A stretch of DNA of 64,000 nt. Origin: Camelus ferus (Eukaryota). Numbering within the stretch: position 1 is the first letter of the stretch; every line of letters begins with the position of its first letter. The notes beneath the pieces were generated by a model. It saw nothing but the letters and a program-made list of their open reading frames with translations. It had not been told where the DNA came from and did not search any database. Location of the stretch: contig NC_045707.1 of assembly GCF_009834535.1 (NCBI RefSeq), positions 61,010,001 through 61,074,000 on the forward strand, written 5' to 3'. Shown here one piece after another: positions 61,161 through 64,000 of the stretch. The translations under genes were made by a program, and so were the position numbers.

Positions 61161-63602
61161 GATATGGGGCCCTATTTTCCATGATTTTCCCTCTAATAAT
61201 GATCTGGTTGTATGTATGCTGATGAACAGTGAATTAAGATCTTTGGCTCATTATTTGCTGAGAAGCAATGCAACCCATTTTCACACCTTTTTTTTCCCCT
61301 CCCTACGACTTAGCAGTGTTGAGTTTTTATCCATCAGCAGTGGCCGTTCATCAACTCTTTCCCATGGAGGGAGGGAGGGAGGCAGGGAGGAAGGAAAGCA
61401 TCATTTTTTTTTTTTTAACATTCTGACACCTTTTCTGGCCACAATATCAGTACTGCTCCCAAACTGCACAATATGGTGATAAGAACTGAAATTACTCATT
61501 GACATTATCATGGGGCTATTTTGAAATCATTATCTCATGTTCATTTCCTAGAATATCATCAAGTCTCTACAACATCAGTTCCTTAAAAGAGCATGTTATT
61601 TTTGTTCCATCGGAAGCCAAAATGTGCTCATGAATTGTGTCTTCAGCACTGCTGACCTCCTTCTCTGATACTGTGGCCAAAAGCATAGCTCTGAGCAAAC
61701 TCTTTGCCCTGGCAGAGTCTGATAGAGTTTGCTGAATTTGAAGTGACCTGTTTTCAGTAACTTGCTTATCTTTAGGTAGATTATCTGCACTGCAGATTAC
61801 TTATGGCATATTTCAAATCCTGGATGGAACTTCTACCACATTACCTGTGGTTTTTGTCATCTTTCTTCATCCTCACTGTCTAGCCAGTCACCATGTGCTC
61901 AGGCAAAGAGAACTAATTAACCCTACTGTGAGAGCAAGCATCATTTCACAGCTGAATTCTCCACGAATTGATATTTTACATAGTCCCAAAGGTAGAAAAG
62001 GAGCTTTCATATTATCTGAGAGTTTAGTTTGACTTGTTTCCATTAATGTGGAAAACTGTTGTCTGATAATCAGATAATTCTCTTGTCTGACCTTGAATCC
62101 TTTATACATGAGACCAGACCAAGTGGGCATTCATTGGTGTTTCTATGGAAGGATGCTTTTAAAAACTTCTGAGTTCCAGTTTTCTTTGCCTTTTTTGATT
62201 TATTGATGGATTTGTGCATTCACTTTTCCCAAACATTTAATTCACTGTTTTTTATATTGCTCTCTAAACTGCGTGTATACAAAGCTAGTTTTAGGCAGCC
62301 TCCTTAAATAAGGTTAAAGCAATACTAGTTAAGGGGGAAGAGAGTCAGCAGGATTTTGTGATAACCAAAGGCAAAGGCACACACAGTGAGAGAATGTGGC
62401 ATTTCTGGGAAGCCCAGGGGCCTGATGGCTTAGATTTTAGTCCTTAGAACTTGTTTCAGCAATGGTCCTGCTTTTACTACATGAGTCATAAACATTAGAG
62501 CAGGGAATACCTTCAGCCAGATGCCCTGGAAAAGAGTTTGTTAAAATGGAGAGAACAGGATGCCTACATCACATACATCACTATGACTCCTAGGACCGAG
62601 TGCTTTAGACCTGCTAATTACTTTCTGAGTGAATTAATGCATATGAGTGAACACATGGAAGGATGTTGCTAGAGCATTATTAGCCAATGAGCAGTATTCT
62701 TTGCAATGCAGATTAAAACTGAGACCAGCTAGCTAATGAATTTATGTAAAAGACCATTTATGAGGCCACTACACAGAGAATTGAGCAATAAACAATTCTG
62801 CCAACTATTGACCTTTTTCAGCTATAACCTTTCTTCCTATATTCCTGTGAAATAACATCTAATATACAGTGATTGAGATTTTGCTTGTTATTTAATATAA
62901 CACATTTTTTTTCTTTTTAAAGTATCTTTGCAAATCAAGCAGTGCTTTTAAAGCTTATGCAAAAATAGTGCCTTGAAAGCTACACTTCTCTCTCATTTTT
63001 CAAATCATCTTTCCGGGTAGAATAGTAATAATGAAGGTGGGATAAATGCAGAGATTTTTATTGAATGCTGCCTTGTTTTAGACAGTTTAAAAAATTTAAT
63101 ATAATTGTTTACTAATTTAGAAGGAAACTATTCTTTGAAATCTTTTTCATAGGTTATTGTACTTACTATTTTCTGGGTCTGGGGGTACAAAATGACTGAT
63201 AAAATAGGTAAATGGTTTAGTTTTATAGGAACTTGACAGTCTCCTGGCCTTTAGCCAGGCCCTCAGAAAACCTGATCTTCTCTTGAACCATGACGCCGGG
63301 GCTGGGAGATGAGTGTTGCATTCACTCAGTGTGTCAGCAGTATGGGAAGGACCGTGGTGGAGCATCAACCAGCAGCGAGTGAAAGAAAAGAGGACTTGAA
63401 AAGGAGTGAGAATGAATGGATAAAAATGGGTGACTCTAGATAGGAGGTTGGTGGATAATGAACTGAAAAGTGGAGCCATTCTGAGATTGAGGTTCAGGAT
63501 AAGCAAAGAACAAAGGTGTATTCTGTGACCAGGGGCCAGGCTGTTTGCATAGTGAGTGGAGCTATTCCATTTACTGTATATGCATTCACGGAGCATAGGA
63601 GG

Positions 63603-63607
<5 letters not shown>

Positions 63608-63633
<26 letters not shown>
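63608..63633. repeat. (TG)13 microsatellite
   Basis: Read directly. Confidence 0.95.
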
Positions 63634-64000
63634 CAGCTGGAGACTGAGGCAGGCTGGAGAGAGGACAATCTCCATCTAATCAAGTCAGCTGCTCTGTCCT
63701 TAGCTCTGGCTGATTGTTGCCATGTCAACCTAATGTCTTCTCATTTTTCAAAAGAAATGAGAAATCTGGTATCTTAGAGGAAATAATCAAACATAGCACT
63801 GCATTAAGAAAAAAATTATGTGAGCCAAACTGACCTTGTCTATGGGTTGATAGGACCCTCTGGTCACCAATGAGTCACCTTTATTCTAAGCTGATTTTAG
63901 AATTACATGCTACCTGTTGAGACTTGTGGTACTTATTAACTGGGTAATCTCAATACCTGCATCTGAATAATGGCTCTAGGAAGATTTAGCCCATAGGGTT

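Noticed and set aside
63147..63728. Longest ORF (193 aa, - strand)
   Set aside because: Runs through a (CA)n tract (HTHTHT), has no recognisable domain and no promoter or splice support; best explained as a chance ORF
1..64000. Using L1 orientation bias to infer host gene strand
   Set aside because: L1 fragments occur on both strands in similar numbers, so this is uninformative
1..64000. Novel prokaryote-style system (defence locus, operon, CRISPR, integrated virus)
   Set aside because: No long ORFs, operon structure or viral genes; the content is typical eutherian repeat-rich non-coding DNA

Overview
Mammalian non-coding DNA, either a large intron or intergenic sequence. It is most likely from a camelid (alpaca/llama/camel), judged from three vic-1-type tRNA-derived SINEs and the 3' ends of cetartiodactyl-type L1s. 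I cannot support any intact protein-coding gene or RNA gene. The only recognisable protein sequence is decayed LINE-1 ORF2 C-terminus. A large share of the window is interspersed repeats (MIR, L2, old L1M, young L1 3' ends, an MLT1 LTR, hAT and Tigger MITEs), often nested and with readable target-site duplications (TSDs). Repeat family names come from remembered consensus sequences, not a database search, and boundaries of old elements are approximate. I see no convincing new biological system. The best leads are: (1) a ~1.2 kb tract at 25.5-26.7 kb, and a weaker one at 42.3-43.6 kb, where both old and lineage-specific repeats carry mostly AT-to-GC changes, as expected from GC-biased gene conversion at a recombination hotspot; (2) a candidate frame-preserving 15-nt microexon at 30717-30731 that overlaps a DR1/AP-1/octamer motif cluster; (3) a triple-nested DNA transposon stack at 15.7-16.3 kb; (4) several repeat-free, motif-dense blocks that may be conserved enhancers.
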